From the NCBI RefSeq assembly GCF_030144855.1, contig NC_082712.1, positions 13,392,001 through 13,456,000 of the forward strand: a stretch of 64,000 nucleotides of DNA, in the 5' to 3' direction. Source of the stretch: Hypanus sabinus. Its lineage: Eukaryota. Both the position numbers and the translations under genes were made by a program. This document shows positions 40,491 through 52,949 of this stretch, piece after piece. Each line of letters starts with the position of its first letter. Positions within the stretch are counted from its first letter, which is position 1. The notes below the pieces were generated by a model that made no database searches, was not told the DNA's origin, and worked only from the letters and a program-made list of their open reading frames with translations.

Positions 40491-41929
40491 TGTATTGAAT
40501 TGTTCAGCTCTATCTACAGACGGTACTTGAAATCAAGAACTGTTTGGTATTGCTTATTACTCCAAGGGAGACCATCCAGCCATTGGACTATGCTGGCTCC
40601 CAGCAGAGTGGTCCCAGTTGTTCCATTCCCTCTTTATTTTCTTGTACCCCAATTGTCTCTCATAAATGCCCATTAACTGCCTCCAAAACGCACTCAGGAT
40701 AATTTATTAACCAATCATCCCATGCATCCTTTGTGCATCGGAAAGGAAACAGAACACCCATGGGATACCCACAGCCACAGGGACAACATGCAAACAGCAG
40801 TGCCAGCGACTACCCACCACTGTCTGTAATAAGTCTGTATGCTCATCCCAAGACTGCATGGATTCCTTCTGGGTGGACCAGTTACCTCCCACATTCCAAA
40901 GATGTATGGGTTGAGAGGGCAATTAGTCACTTTTGTGTATGTAAGCGCCACAGGTTTGTTACTTTGCTGTATCTCTAAATAATAACATGAATAAAGTTTC
41001 CTCTATCAGTAAGACAGTTGTCTTCTATGTAAATTATAGAGCATGGTTTCTCAACCTGGGGTCCATGGACCCCTTGCTTAATGTTAACGGCCCATGGCAT
41101 AAATTCCAACCCAGCACTAGAGTCATTAGTTTCTTTCAGGCATGTTCATGAGCCTGGGATTAACCAAAGATAAGTGTAGGTGTTTGAAGCAGCAGAGTAC
41201 CTGTGATTGAAGGCCCTTCGTCTGATCTATGGGATTGAGAGACATGTGGCTGTAGTGTGAAATGTTAATGAGTTTGTTCAAATTCAATTGTCATTCACCG
41301 GTGCACTTGAAAACAATCAAATGAAACAGTGTTCCTCTGGGTCCAAGGTGCAAAGCGCACCTGTTGACAGTCTTGCCTGACAGTGTATTGTCTCCTTGCA
41401 ATGTCCCTACCAAGATGTAAAACCCCACATTTATCTGAGTTAAACTCCATCTGCGATTTCTTTGTCCAGACCTACTACTGATATATATCGTATTGTATTC
41501 TTTGCCAGTCTGCTACACAATCCACAATCCACTAATCTTAGTGTCATCTACAAACTTAATAACCCACCAATCTGCATTTGTATCCAGGTCATTTACGTAC
41601 ATCACAAACAGCAGAGGTCCCAGCACAAAACCCTATGAAACATCCCTAATTACAGACCTCCAGCTCAATTAATCCCCTTCAAACACTCATGTGGCAGCAG
41701 CCCAATGCAGAGATGTTTGAAAGGTTCAATTGTTGCTCAGAACAAATTCAGAATGGGGAAGACGTGATCTAAATGCCTTTGACTGTGAAATGTTTGATTA
41801 TCTGGCACTTTCATGTCTGTGGTACATCTTCCCCTATATGGAAGTGTGTATGATCGGGTATTGTCATGTTCTTGTCTGTGTGTTACATTACTTAATTTGC
41901 AGTGAGTTTGTAAAGGCTTTTGTAGTTAA

Positions 41930-42400
41930 GACCATAACACACAAGAGAATAATTCGGCCATTCGACCCATCGACTATCCCCTGCTATGCCATCATGATTA
42001 TTTTATTATCCCAATGTATCCCTCTCTTCTGCCTTCTTCCCCTAACCTTTGACGCCCTGATACCAATAACCTATCTTCCTCAACTTTAAATGTACTCAAT
42101 GATTTAGCATACACAGCCGTTAGTGCCAATGAATTCCACAATTCATTGCCACCTGCCAAACCATATTCCTCCTCAGCTCTGTTCTAAATGGAAATCACTC
42201 AATTCTGATTCATGCCCTCTGGTCCTAGACTCATCCACATTAAAAACATCCTCCCCACTTCAACTCTATCTCAGGCTTTCAATATTCAACAGGATTCAGT
42301 GAGATGTCCCCTCATTCTTCTAAGCTGCAGCGAGGACAGGCCCAGAGCTGTCAAACGATTCTCATGTGTTAACCATTTCACTCCTGGAATCTTTCTTCTC
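41930..42400 (-). mobile_element. CR1 3' fragment
   Basis: IPGVKWLTHENRLTALGLSSLQLRRMRGHL. Confidence 0.75.
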
Positions 42401-43589
42401 ACCCTCCTCTGCCCCCCCCCCACCCCCAATGCCAGCACATCTTTCATCAGAGAAGGAGAACAAACTGTTCCCAAACTGCTCCATTGCTACAAATAGCACA
42501 AGCACTACCTTAAGCTTTGTGTATGTGTGTTGGTTGGGGAGGGTGTGCACTTTAAAGGGCAGGGCAGGTTTGTTTTACACAGGATATGGTGAGTGCATTG
42601 AGGCACACTTTGTAGTTGTTCCCTTAAGTTCTTAGAATAATTTTCCCCTCTGTTCGACCTCTTCTTCTTTTGAGTGGTCAGCATTGTGGTTCTTGTGAGT
42701 CGTAAGAACAGTTTGACAGTTCCTCAATATCCTACAGCAACTGAAAAAAGGTCAGTAATTCAGGGTCAGGAAGTAAAGTGCAGTGAATGAGAAGTCCAAA
42801 GCACTGAGGAGTGGGTGAAGGACTCTAGGGTTGTCTTTGCAGTTTCCTGTAGTTAGGGTATGGTACCAATAGCAGATTCATCCTTCAATTTAGTTGTTCA
42901 TACTCAATGTGATGTCCAAGACCTCTGGCCACAGCCATGGGACACACATGGTACCACACCGAAGACACTTTAAATTTCCCTATCTCCAAGTGAAGTGAAC
43001 ATTACAGAATTGTCTCCAGCATCGAATGCAGAGGCGGCCGACTCCCAAAATATTTTCAAGTAGCAACAATTTTATGATGCCAAATCATAAATAAAGGGAG
43101 TCTGGAAATCTAGAGCAACACATACAAATTCTGGTGGATCCCAGCAAGTCTCGCAGCATCAATGGAAAGAAATAAGCAGTTGAGTCATGATGAAATATCT
43201 TGGCCCAAAACGTCGACTTCCTTTCATAGATGCTGCCTGACTTGCTGATTCAATGGTTTAATGGTTGAATTTAATATCAGAGAATGTATTCCACATATAA
43301 TAGAGGGCTATGGGTAACCCGAGTAATTTCTACATTAGCAACATGGTCAGGACAACTTTGTGGGCTGAAGAGCCTGTATTGTGCTGCAAGTTTTCTATGT
43401 TTCTATCCAACCTGAAATTCTTACTCTTTGCAGACGTCCATGACGCAGAAAGAAAGCCTCCAAAGAATGAAAATCCCAGAGTCCCAAAGACCCCCACTGC
43501 CCATTCACTCAGAGGCAACAACAAAAGCATCAACCAACCAGTGTGCTAAGCACACACCCCTGAGGTGCACCAGTAGTGAATGTGAGCGA

Positions 43590-45700
43590 GGAGGATATGT
43601 TGTCACCAACCCACGCTGATTGTGGTCTTCTGGTTAGAAAGTCGAGGATCTAATTGCAGAGGGAGGTACAGAGGCCCAGGTTCGGCAGCGTCTCAATCAG
43701 GAGTGTTGAAATGATGGTGTTAAATGCTGAGCTGTAGTCGATGAACAGCATCCTGACTTCGGTGTTTGTATTGTCCAAGTGGTCTAAGGCCGTATGAAGA
43801 GCCATTGAGATTGCATCTGCTGTTGACCTATTGTAGTGATAGGCAAATTGCAGTGGGTCCAGTTCCTTGCTGAGGCAGGAGTTCAGTCCAGACGTAACCA
43901 ACCTCTCAAAGCAGTTCAACCTCCGAGTCAGAGGTCACAGGGTCATCCGGTGCAGCAGGGATCATCACAGCTGTCGTTGTGTTCTCCCTTTCAAAGTGGG
44001 CCTAGAAGGTGTTGAGTTCATCTGGTACTGAGGCATCGTGGCCATTCATGCTATTTGGGTTTCGCTTTGTAGGAAGTAATGTCTTACATACCCTGCCAGA
44101 ATTGCTGTGCATCCAATGTCACCTCCAACTTCATTCAAAATTGTCTCTTTGCCCTTAAAATAGCCCTCCGCGAGTCAGAACTGGTTTTGTTGGTACAGAT
44201 CTCTGTCTCCAGTCCAGAATGTCACAGATCCAGCCTTCAGCAAATGATGTACCTCCTGGTTCATCCACAGCGTTTGGTTTGCGAATGTAAAGCGAGTCTT
44301 TGCAGNNNNNNNNNNNNNNNNNNNNNNNNNNNNNNNNNNNNNNNNNNNNNNNNNNNNNNNNNNNNNNNNNNNNNNNNNNNNNNNNNNNNNNNNNNNNNNN
44401 NNNNNNNNNNNNNNNNNNNNNNNNNNNNNNNNNNNNNNNNNNNNNNNNNNNNNNNNNNNNNNNNNNNNNNNNNNNNNNNNNNNNNNNNNNNNNNNNNNNN
44501 NNNNNNNNNNNNNNNNNNNNNNNNNNNNNNNNNNNNNNNNNNNNNNNNNNNNNNNNNNNNNNNNNNNNNNNNNNNNNNNNNNNNNNNNNNNNNNNNNNNN
44601 NNNNNNNNNNNNNNNNNNNNNNNNNNNNNNNNNNNNNNNNNNNNNNNNNNNNNNNNNNNNNNNNNNNNNNNNNNNNNNNNNNNNNNNNNNNNNNNNNNNN
44701 NNNNNNNNNNNNNNNNNNNNNNNNNNNNNNNNNNNNNNNNNNNNNNNNNNNNNNNNNNNNNNNNNNNNNNNNNNNNNNNNNNNNNNNNNNNNNNNNNNNN
44801 NNNNNNNNNNNNNNNNNNNNNNNNNNNNNNNNNNNNNNNNNNNNNNNNNNNNNNNNNNNNNNNNNNNNNNNNNNNNNNNNNNNNNNNNNNNNNNNNNNNN
44901 GGATACATACTCATCCAGATTCCAAGATGAATCCCTGAATGCAGTCCAGTCCACTGATTCAAAGCAGTGCTACAAAGGCTCCTGTGCTTCCCTTGACCGT
45001 ACCTTCTTGGTCCTCACTACTGGTGCAGCCGTCTTCAGCCTCTGCCTGTACTCAGGGAGTCGTAGTACAGCCAGGTGATCAGACTTCCTGAAGTGAGGGC
45101 ATGGAATAACACTGTAACCATTCTTGATGGTGGTGTAACAATGGTCCAGTGTGTTGTTTCCTCTGGTATTGCAAGTGATCTGTTGATGGTTATTGTTTAG
45201 TGTTTTTTTTAGACTGGCCTGGTTAAAATCCCCCAAAACGATGGTGAAGGCATTAGGGTGTGCTGTTTAATGCATGTTAATCCCATGCCCAGATCATCTA
45301 AAGCCTGATTGACACTGGCCTGAGGTGGAATGTATACTGCTAACTAAATGACCCAGGAGAACTCCTGTGGTAACTAAAATGGACGACACTTAACCACTAG
45401 ATATTCCAGGTCTGGTGAGCAGAATTGGGACAGCACTGATATATTTGTGCACCAAGAGGAGTTCATCATGAGGCATACTCCTCCACCTCTGCTTTTGAGA
45501 CACTCTACAGATCTATCCTGACAGTGTATAGTAAACCCATCAATCAGGATTGCTGCATCCAGTACGGAAAGGGTTAACCAGGATTCTGTGAAACAAAGGA
45601 CACACACGATCCTAATGTCCCTCTGATTCAGTACCCTAACTCTGAGATCATCGATTTTATTCACCAGAGACTGCACGTTCACCAGCAAGATGGTCTGTAT
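43590..45700 (-). mobile_element. Rex1/Babar-type LINE (endonuclease plus RT) spanning the assembly gap
   Basis: NVQSLVNKIDDL..LCFTESWL; GDFNQASLK..TLDHCY; [28 protein letters not shown]. Confidence 0.88.
44306..44900. other. Assembly gap (595 N)
   Basis: Run of N. Confidence 1.
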
Positions 45701-45739
45701 AGGGAGTTTCCTTTCTGCTGCCTTCCTCCTTTCTTAAAG

Positions 45740-47390
45740 AGTGTAGTGACATTTGCATTTTTCCAGTCCTCTGGCACCATGCCAGTCCAATCATTGATTT
45801 GAAAGATCCTTATAAATTCCTCCAGAATCTCGACTGTTACCACTTTCAGAACCCTAGGGTGCAGTTCATCTGGTCCAGGTGACTAATATACCCTTAGGTC
45901 TTTCAGCTTTTTGAGCAAGTTCTCCCTTGTAATAGTAACTGCACCCACTTCTTTTCCCTCACACCCTTCAACATCTGGAACACTGTGAGTGTCTTTCACA
46001 GTGAAGCCTGATGATTCATCAATCATCTCCTTAGCCCTCGTTATTATTTCTCCAGCCTCATTTTCTAGCGGTCCTAAATCTACTCTCATCTCTCTTTTAA
46101 TTTTTACATATTTGAAAAAGCTTTCACTATCCACCTTGATATTGTTTGCTTGCCTGCTTTCACATTTCATCTTTTCCCTCCTAACTATTCTTTCAGTTGA
46201 TCTTGGTAGGGTTTTAAAAGCTTCCCCATCTTCTGCCTTCCCACACATTTTTGCTTTGTTGTATGTCCTCTCTTTTGCTTTTATATTAGCTTTGACTTCC
46301 CTTGTCAGCCATGTTTGTACTATTTCTCCATTTGAGTATTTCTTCATTTTTGGAATACATCTATCCTGCTCCTTCCTCATTTTTCCAGGAACTCCCACCA
46401 TTGCGGCTCTGCTGTCATTCCTGCTAGCAAATTCTTTAACTTTACTTTGGCCCACTCCTCTCTCATACCACTGTAATTTACTTTACTCCACTGAAAGACT
46501 GCTACATCAGACTTTACTTTCTCCCTATCAAATGTCAAGTTCAACTTAATGATATTGTAATTACTGTCTCCGAGGAGTTCTTTTACCTTAAACGCCCTTA
46601 TCACCTCCAGTTCATTACAAAACATCAAGTTCAGTATAACTGATCCCCTATTAGGCTCAATGACAAACTGATCTAAAAAGCCATCTCTTAGGTGTTCAAC
46701 GAATTCACTTTCTTGAGATCCATGACCAACCTGATTTTCCCAATCGACCTGCAAGTTGAAATCTCCCATGATAAACATAACATTACTGTTTTGACATACT
46801 CTTTCTATTTCCCATTGTAATCTGTTGTCCACCTCCAAGCTCCTGTTGGGAAACTTGTATGTAAGTACCATCAGGGTCCTTTTACCCTTGCAGTTTCTTA
46901 ACTCAACCCACAAGGATTCAAATTCTTCTGATCCGATTTCACATCTTTCTACTGATTTGATGCCATTCTTTACCAGCAGAGCCACACCACCCCCTCTGCC
47001 TACCTTCCTATCTGTCTGATACAATGTGTAGTCTTGGTCCAGATTTAATCCAGAAATCCAGATTTCTAACCTAGCTCTCTAAATTTTCTTTTCAGGACCT
47101 CCTCTTCACATTTTGTTCCTATGCCATTGGTACCAATATGTACCAAGACATCTGGCTGCTCTCCCTCCCCCTCCAAAATGTTGCGGACGCAATCTAAGAT
47201 GTCCCTGACCCTGGCACCTGGGAGACAACGTACAATTCAGGCATCTCGTTCACATCCACAGAATGTTCTACCTGTTCACCTGACCAATGAGTCCCCTATC
47301 ACTACTGCTGTCCTCTTCTTCCTCTTTCCTGTGCAACCCGTCTCTTTTGAACAGGTCATACCTCCCCCAGAAGAGATCCCAATGATCCAA
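45740..47390 (-). mobile_element. CR1 ORF1 end plus ORF2 endonuclease/RT start, decayed
   Basis: RGGGVALLVK..MGDFNLQVDW; ORF1 esterase segment at 47100-47390. Confidence 0.85.
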
Positions 47391-47399
47391 GAACATGAA

Positions 47400-48190
47400 A
47401 CATCAAAGGGAGGCAATGGGCAGGCAAGGAGATGAGGTGAGGCAAGGAAAAGGGGATGGGTAATAGTGAAGGAGGGGGTAGGTGGGAGCCACTGCACAAT
47501 GTTCATGCTATCAGGTCGGGGACTATACAACCAGAATATAAGGTGTTGTTCCTCCAATCTAGGTGTGGTCTCATTGCAATAGTGGAGGAGGTCATGGATG
47601 GACACAGTGGAATTAAAGTAAGTGGTCACTGTGAGATCCTGCTTTTTCTGGTAGATGGAGCATAGGTGCTCGGCAAAGCGGACTCCCAGTCTACATCAGG
47701 TTATATAGGGGGCCACATCAGGAGCAGCAAACACCGTATATGACCCCAACAGACTCACAGTTGCCTCACCTGGAAGGGCTGTTTCGGGCCCTGAATGGTA
47801 GTGAGGGAGGAAGTGTAGGGACAGGTGTAACACTGCTTCTGCTTGTAAGGATAAGTGTCAGGAGGGAGATCGTGGGGATGGATGAATTGACAATGGAGTC
47901 ATGCAGGGATTGATCCCTTTGGATAGTGGGGGGGATGGGGAGAGGGAAAAGTATGTTTGGTTGTGGGATCCTGTTGGAGGTGGCAGAAGTTCCAGAGAAT
48001 TATATGCTGGATGCAGAGGCTGGTGGGGTGGTAGGTGAGGACAAGAGGAACCCTATCCCTGATGAGGTGGCTGCAGGATAGAGTAAGAGCCCAAAATGTC
48101 AACTGGACTTTTTTTCATTGAAGCTGCCTGTCCTGCTGAGTTCCTCCAGCATTTTGAGAGCATTTCTTGGATTTCTAGCATCTGCAGATT
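47400..48190 (-). mobile_element. Penelope-like fragment plus terminal repeat
   Basis: RDRVPLVLTYHPTSLCIQHII; ctgctgagttcctccagcattt repeat. Confidence 0.8.
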
Positions 48191-48199
48191 TTCTCTTGT

Positions 48200-48960
48200 T
48201 GGAGAGTTATAGGGAAGTAGCCACCCCTCGATTGCAGGAAGTGAGTAGTTGGGTGACTGTCAGGAGAAATGGAAATATGAATAGGCAGTTGGTGCAGAGC
48301 ACCCCTGTGGCCATTCCCCTCAATAGTAAGTACACTGTTTTGGATTCTGTCATGGCACAGGACTTCCCAGGGAATGCCACGGAGACCGGGTTACTGGCAC
48401 TGAGCATAGGTCTGTGGTGCAGAAGGGAAAGAGGGCAGCGGTAGTGATAGGGGACTCATTAGTCAGGAGAACAGGTAGAACATTCTGTGGATGTGAACGG
48501 GATGCCTGAATGGTACGTTGTCTCCCAGGTGCCAGGGTCAGGGACATCTTAGATTGCGTCCGCAACATTTTGGAGGGGGAGGGAGAGCAGCCAGATGTCT
48601 TGGTACATATTGGTACCAATGGCATAGGAACAAAATGCAAAGTTGTCCTGAAAAGGGAATTTAGAGAGCGAGGTAGAAGCTGAGAAGCAGGACATCCAGG
48701 GTAATAATTTCTGGATTGCTTCCTGTGCCATGCACCAGTGAGGGTAGAAACATGATGTTTTGGCAAATTAATGTGTGGCTGAGAAGCGGGTGCAGGGGGC
48801 AGGACGAGGTTCTGAGGTCATTGGGATCTCCTCTGGGGGAGGCAGGACCTCCATAAAATTGATGAGTTCACCTGAACTCGAACGGGACCAATATTCTCAT
48901 GGGCAGGTTCGTTAGAGCCGTTGGGGAGGGTTTAAACTAACTTGATAGGGGAGTGGGAAC
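48200..48960 (+). mobile_element. CR1 ORF1 (esterase) fragment
   Basis: AVVIGDSLVR..VHIGTN; replaces the upstream intron of the V pseudoexon. Confidence 0.82.
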
Positions 48961-49049
48961 TGGATTAAAGGGACCCAGGAAAGGATGGATGGTAAAAAAG
49001 GAAAGATGGGAGTGGGACAAACAGTCCATAAGGAATGTATATTTATAAC

Positions 49050-50705
49050 TCACAGAAGATCGCCTGTCCTTCCCTCAACTCCCAATGAGAGTGTCTCTGT
49101 GATGACTGGAACCGAGGGAGCTTCGGCCACGTTACCCTGTGTGTACACACGGCCTCGGCAGAGCCTCACCGCACACACGGTGATGTGGATGAGGAAGGAT
49201 CCCTACCAATACATCGTCACCTTCAGGCACTGAGGAAATGGATCGTGGGCAGCAGAAAACGACTGACTCAGTACAAGCTCGTCAGGGACCCAGAGGGAGG
49301 AAACATCTTGATCAGGATAAAGCAGCTGAGTGAGGGAGACAGTCACAGCCACCTGCGTCTGGCTGAATTCGGGAAAGGGAAGCATGATTACTTATCCTAC
49401 GTCAAACCCCCATTTAACCATGTGATCCAGAGTGAGATCCGACTGCAGGTAAGAGACCATAGACACGTTCTGGAGGGGATGGGGTGGGTTTTGGGGGCAG
49501 CAAGTGAACCCTGTTACCATTATCCTTTCTCTAATCAACCCTCACTCCTGGGTTTATCTGTCTGTCCCCGAGTGAGATCTGACTGTAGATCAGACCCAGA
49601 AAAGAACCCGTCGCCACATTCAAGTTCAAGTTTAATTGTCAATCAGTGACACGTGCAGCCAACAAAACACAACAGCGTTCCTCCAGGGCCTTGCCTGAGC
49701 CTGGGAGGAATGAGTGGAGTTCTAATGGAGGATCAGGAAGCTTCCCAGAGAAGTTGCACACTCAGCGTTTCAGGAAGAGCTTCTTCCTTTCTGCCGTCAG
49801 ATTTCTGAATGGACAATCAGAAAAGTGAGGACCAGCTCACTTTGTTTCCTTTCTTCCCTCTTCTTGTGATATTTATTTAATTTAAAATTATACATGGTGG
49901 CATATATTTCTTTTGAAATTTACAGTTTTTAATTAATATGTATTGCAATGTATAACGGGGTGTCAGGGTGAAGATACGTCTTTACCAAAGGAGGTGTAAG
50001 ACACTCCTTCCCTCCACTAGTCTTCACTTTACCCTTGGGCGAGGTGTAGCCCCTGCTTCGCCCCTGATCAGGGTCACGTGAACCCATGGGATCAGGTGGC
50101 GGATGGTTGTATGAGCAGCTGGTGCAGATCACAAATTCTGGTTATGCGACCACTGACACCAGGCAGACAATCTCTGAAGAGTATTGACAATGGCTGGGCT
50201 CACCCATCCTGTACAGACTCTGCTCAGAAGAAGGTGATGGAAACCACTTTTGTAGAAAAATTGCCAAGAACAATCATGGTCATAAACAGGAGAAATTCTG
50301 CCATTGCTGGAAATCCAGAGCAACACACACAAAATACTGGAGGAACTCAGCAGGTCGGGCAGCGTCTATGGGGAAAGGATCAAAGGTTCATTTTATTGTC
50401 CAAGTTTGCACGTGGAATACAACTCTGATATTCACTTTCTCCAGATAACCCTGATATCCAGAAATACCATGGGATTCATTACTAGAATAGATATCAATAC
50501 CCCCACATGAAAAGGAAATGGAAGAATCTCGCAAACCACAAACCCCACTCCCCGCCCCCCACCTCCCTCCCTCGCACAAAAGCCAACCGATCGCCCACCT
50601 GGAAGACGATTGTCAGAAGATCAAAAGCCCCAAGACCCCAACCCCCTCCCTCTCAAAAAATACAGTGCTGACAGCACCAAACCCAACACCCTCTCCCCAA
50701 ACAGA
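49050..50705 (+). repeat. Segmental duplication block A, copy 2
   Basis: Colinear with 6390-8560; lacks the roughly 7070-7540 segment of copy 1. Confidence 0.9.
49079..49448 (+). pseudogene. Paralogous Ig V pseudoexon
   Basis: GASATLPCVYTRPRQSLTAHTVMWMRKDPYQYIVTFRH*. Acceptor AG>AA, TGA at 49231, 1-nt frameshift near 49262, F-strand Cys TGT>CGT, 10-nt deletion at the donor. Confidence 0.92.
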
Positions 50706-50709
50706 TTTA

Positions 50710-51560
50710 ATGCAACCCGACCTTTTTGTACAGGTCACACCTGCCCCAAAAGAGGTCCCAATGATCCAGAAATCTGAATCCCTGCCCCCTGCTCCAATCC
50801 CTCAGCCACGCATTTATCCTCCACCTCATTCTATTCCTGTGCTCGGTGTCACATGGCACAGGCAGTAATCCCGAGATGTGGTCCTGCTTCTCAACTTCCT
50901 TCCTAGCTCTCTGTTGTCTGCTTTCAGGACCTCCTCCCTTTTCCTACCAGTGTCATTGGTACCAATGTGTACCACGACCTCTGGCTGTTCACCATCCCAC
51001 TTCAGGATAACGTGGACGCGATCAGAAACATCTTGGACCCTGGCACAATCGAGGCAAACTACCATCCGCGTTTCTTTCCTGCATCCACAGAATCGCCTAT
51101 CTGACCCCCTAACTATGGAGTCCCCTATCACTGCTGCCATCCTCTTCCTTTGCTTACCCTTCTGAGCCACAGGGCCAGACTCTGTGCCAGAGACGTGACC
51201 ACTGTTGCTTCCCCCTGTAGGCTGTTCCTCCCAACAGTCCTCAAACAGGAGTACTTACTGTTAAGGGGGACAGCCACAAGGGTACTGTCTGGCATCTGAC
51301 TCGTCCTTCCCTCTCCTGACTGTTACCCATTTACCTAACTCCCGAGGCCCCGGTGTAACTACCTGCCTGTAACTCCTCTCTATCAGCTCCTTGCTCTCCC
51401 TGACCACGCGAAGGTCATTGAGCTGCAGATCCAGTTCCCTAACACAGTCACCAAGAAGCTGCAGCTCGACACACCAGGTGCAGATGTGGCTGTCCAAGAG
51501 GCTGGGAGTCATCTGACACCGAGCACAGACATTCTTCCTGTCTGTATTCTACACAGATAA
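50710..51560 (-). mobile_element. CR1 ORF1 fragment
   Basis: AAVIGDSIVRGSDRRFCG..VVVHIGTND; CTWCVELQLL. Confidence 0.85.
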
Positions 51561-51749
51561 CCTACCTGGCCTCGACCCGTTACCGCCGAAGCCCTGTTGA
51601 GCCAAAGCCTTCCTTGTCTGTTTCCCTCTACTATAGTGCCTGCTCTGTAAAGCTGTCTCCTTTTAAACTCTTCCCATGGTTCTCACTGGCTGACGTCCAC
51701 TCGCTTGCGCAGTCGTGCCGCGATCAAACCGCTGAAGAAATTGATTTAA

Positions 51750-52045
51750 TGCTGGATTTGTTCTGATGGGAGATTGGAGGGACTGGGTGTGTTCTGAGTG
51801 TAGATCGCAGACACTATTTTTTCTGAGGAAAGATTGGTCGGACTGGGTCTGTTCTGATGGGAGATTAGAGAGTCTGGGTTTATTCTGAGGTGAGATCAGA
51901 GATAATTTCTGTTTTTTATGGTAGATTAGAGAGATTGGATTTGTTCTGAGTGGAGATTAGAGAGACAGGCTTTGTTCTGAGGGGAGATTCAAGAGACTGG
52001 CTTTGTTCTGTTGAGTCATTGGACAGACTGGGCTTGTCCTGAGGA
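51750..52045 (-). repeat. Degenerate ~31-bp minisatellite, inverted relative of 56532-57215
   Basis: Units such as ggagattggacagactgggtttgttctga are the reverse complement of tcagaccaaacccagtctgtccgatctcc. Confidence 0.8.
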
Positions 52046-52949
52046 AAGTGTGTTGGAAACATAGGAAGGTAGAAAATCCACAGTGCATTACAGGCCATTC
52101 AGCCCACAATGTTGTGCTGACCATGTAAACTACTTTAGGCACTGCCTAGAAATTCCCTTCCACATAGCGCTCTCTTTTTCTGAAGAAGAAGTGAAGTGAC
52201 ATTGGAGAATTAGGGTCTACTCTGCGGACTGTTACACAAAGCACCACTTGTAATGATGAGCAACTTCACAACTGAAAAGAATGTGGGTTCTCCAACGAAC
52301 TACGTATGTGCACCCTACTGGAATCCCTGACCCTCCATGAATAGTGAATGAAGAGGAAAGCGATTATCTGGGAAATGAGTCCACACTGGCTAGGTGTTCC
52401 TCATGGTCTCGATCTCCACATGTCCTCCTTATCCCTGATGGTTGTTCTCTGACTGCGGGAGAGTTATGGCTCCTACGTATTTGGAGCTCCTGAATCTTAT
52501 ACTGTTCCTCATCAATTGAACTGGTGGATCTCCATCCCTTTGACTCAAGGTCACCTGACCTACCTGGGTCACCTTCTCACTGCTCATTATACAGGGCAAC
52601 AACCCACATTGTTTCCTGGTCCTACCCACCCCAGACTTGTGTATTTGAGTCTTTCAACTCTGACTGGTCCAAACCCATTAAACTAGGTGACCCAGACAGA
52701 GTCTAACGAGATTACAGATTGATTCTTTGGTAGGTCTGGCATCTTACGTAATAAGTAGCTCCTCCTCCGAGAATGGGCTCATGTTTAGCAGGTCCTTCGG
52801 GTCCTGAAGTTTCTCATGTCCACTTTCAGTTGCTCTGATTAGATTATCCAAGAGCATGAATATAGTTCAGAATCCACAAAATGGGGGGTGAGGGAACAAA
52901 GACAACTGGTCTGTCTCCTTCCCCTGACCTTGATTCATCAAATCCACTA

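Noticed and set aside
41035-41120. Possible Charlie/MER5-like MITE
   Set aside because: One end resembles CAGGGGTTCTCAACC, but the other TIR and the TSD are too degenerate to support.
44079-44962. ORFs of 200-280 aa
   Set aside because: Artefacts of the N gap.
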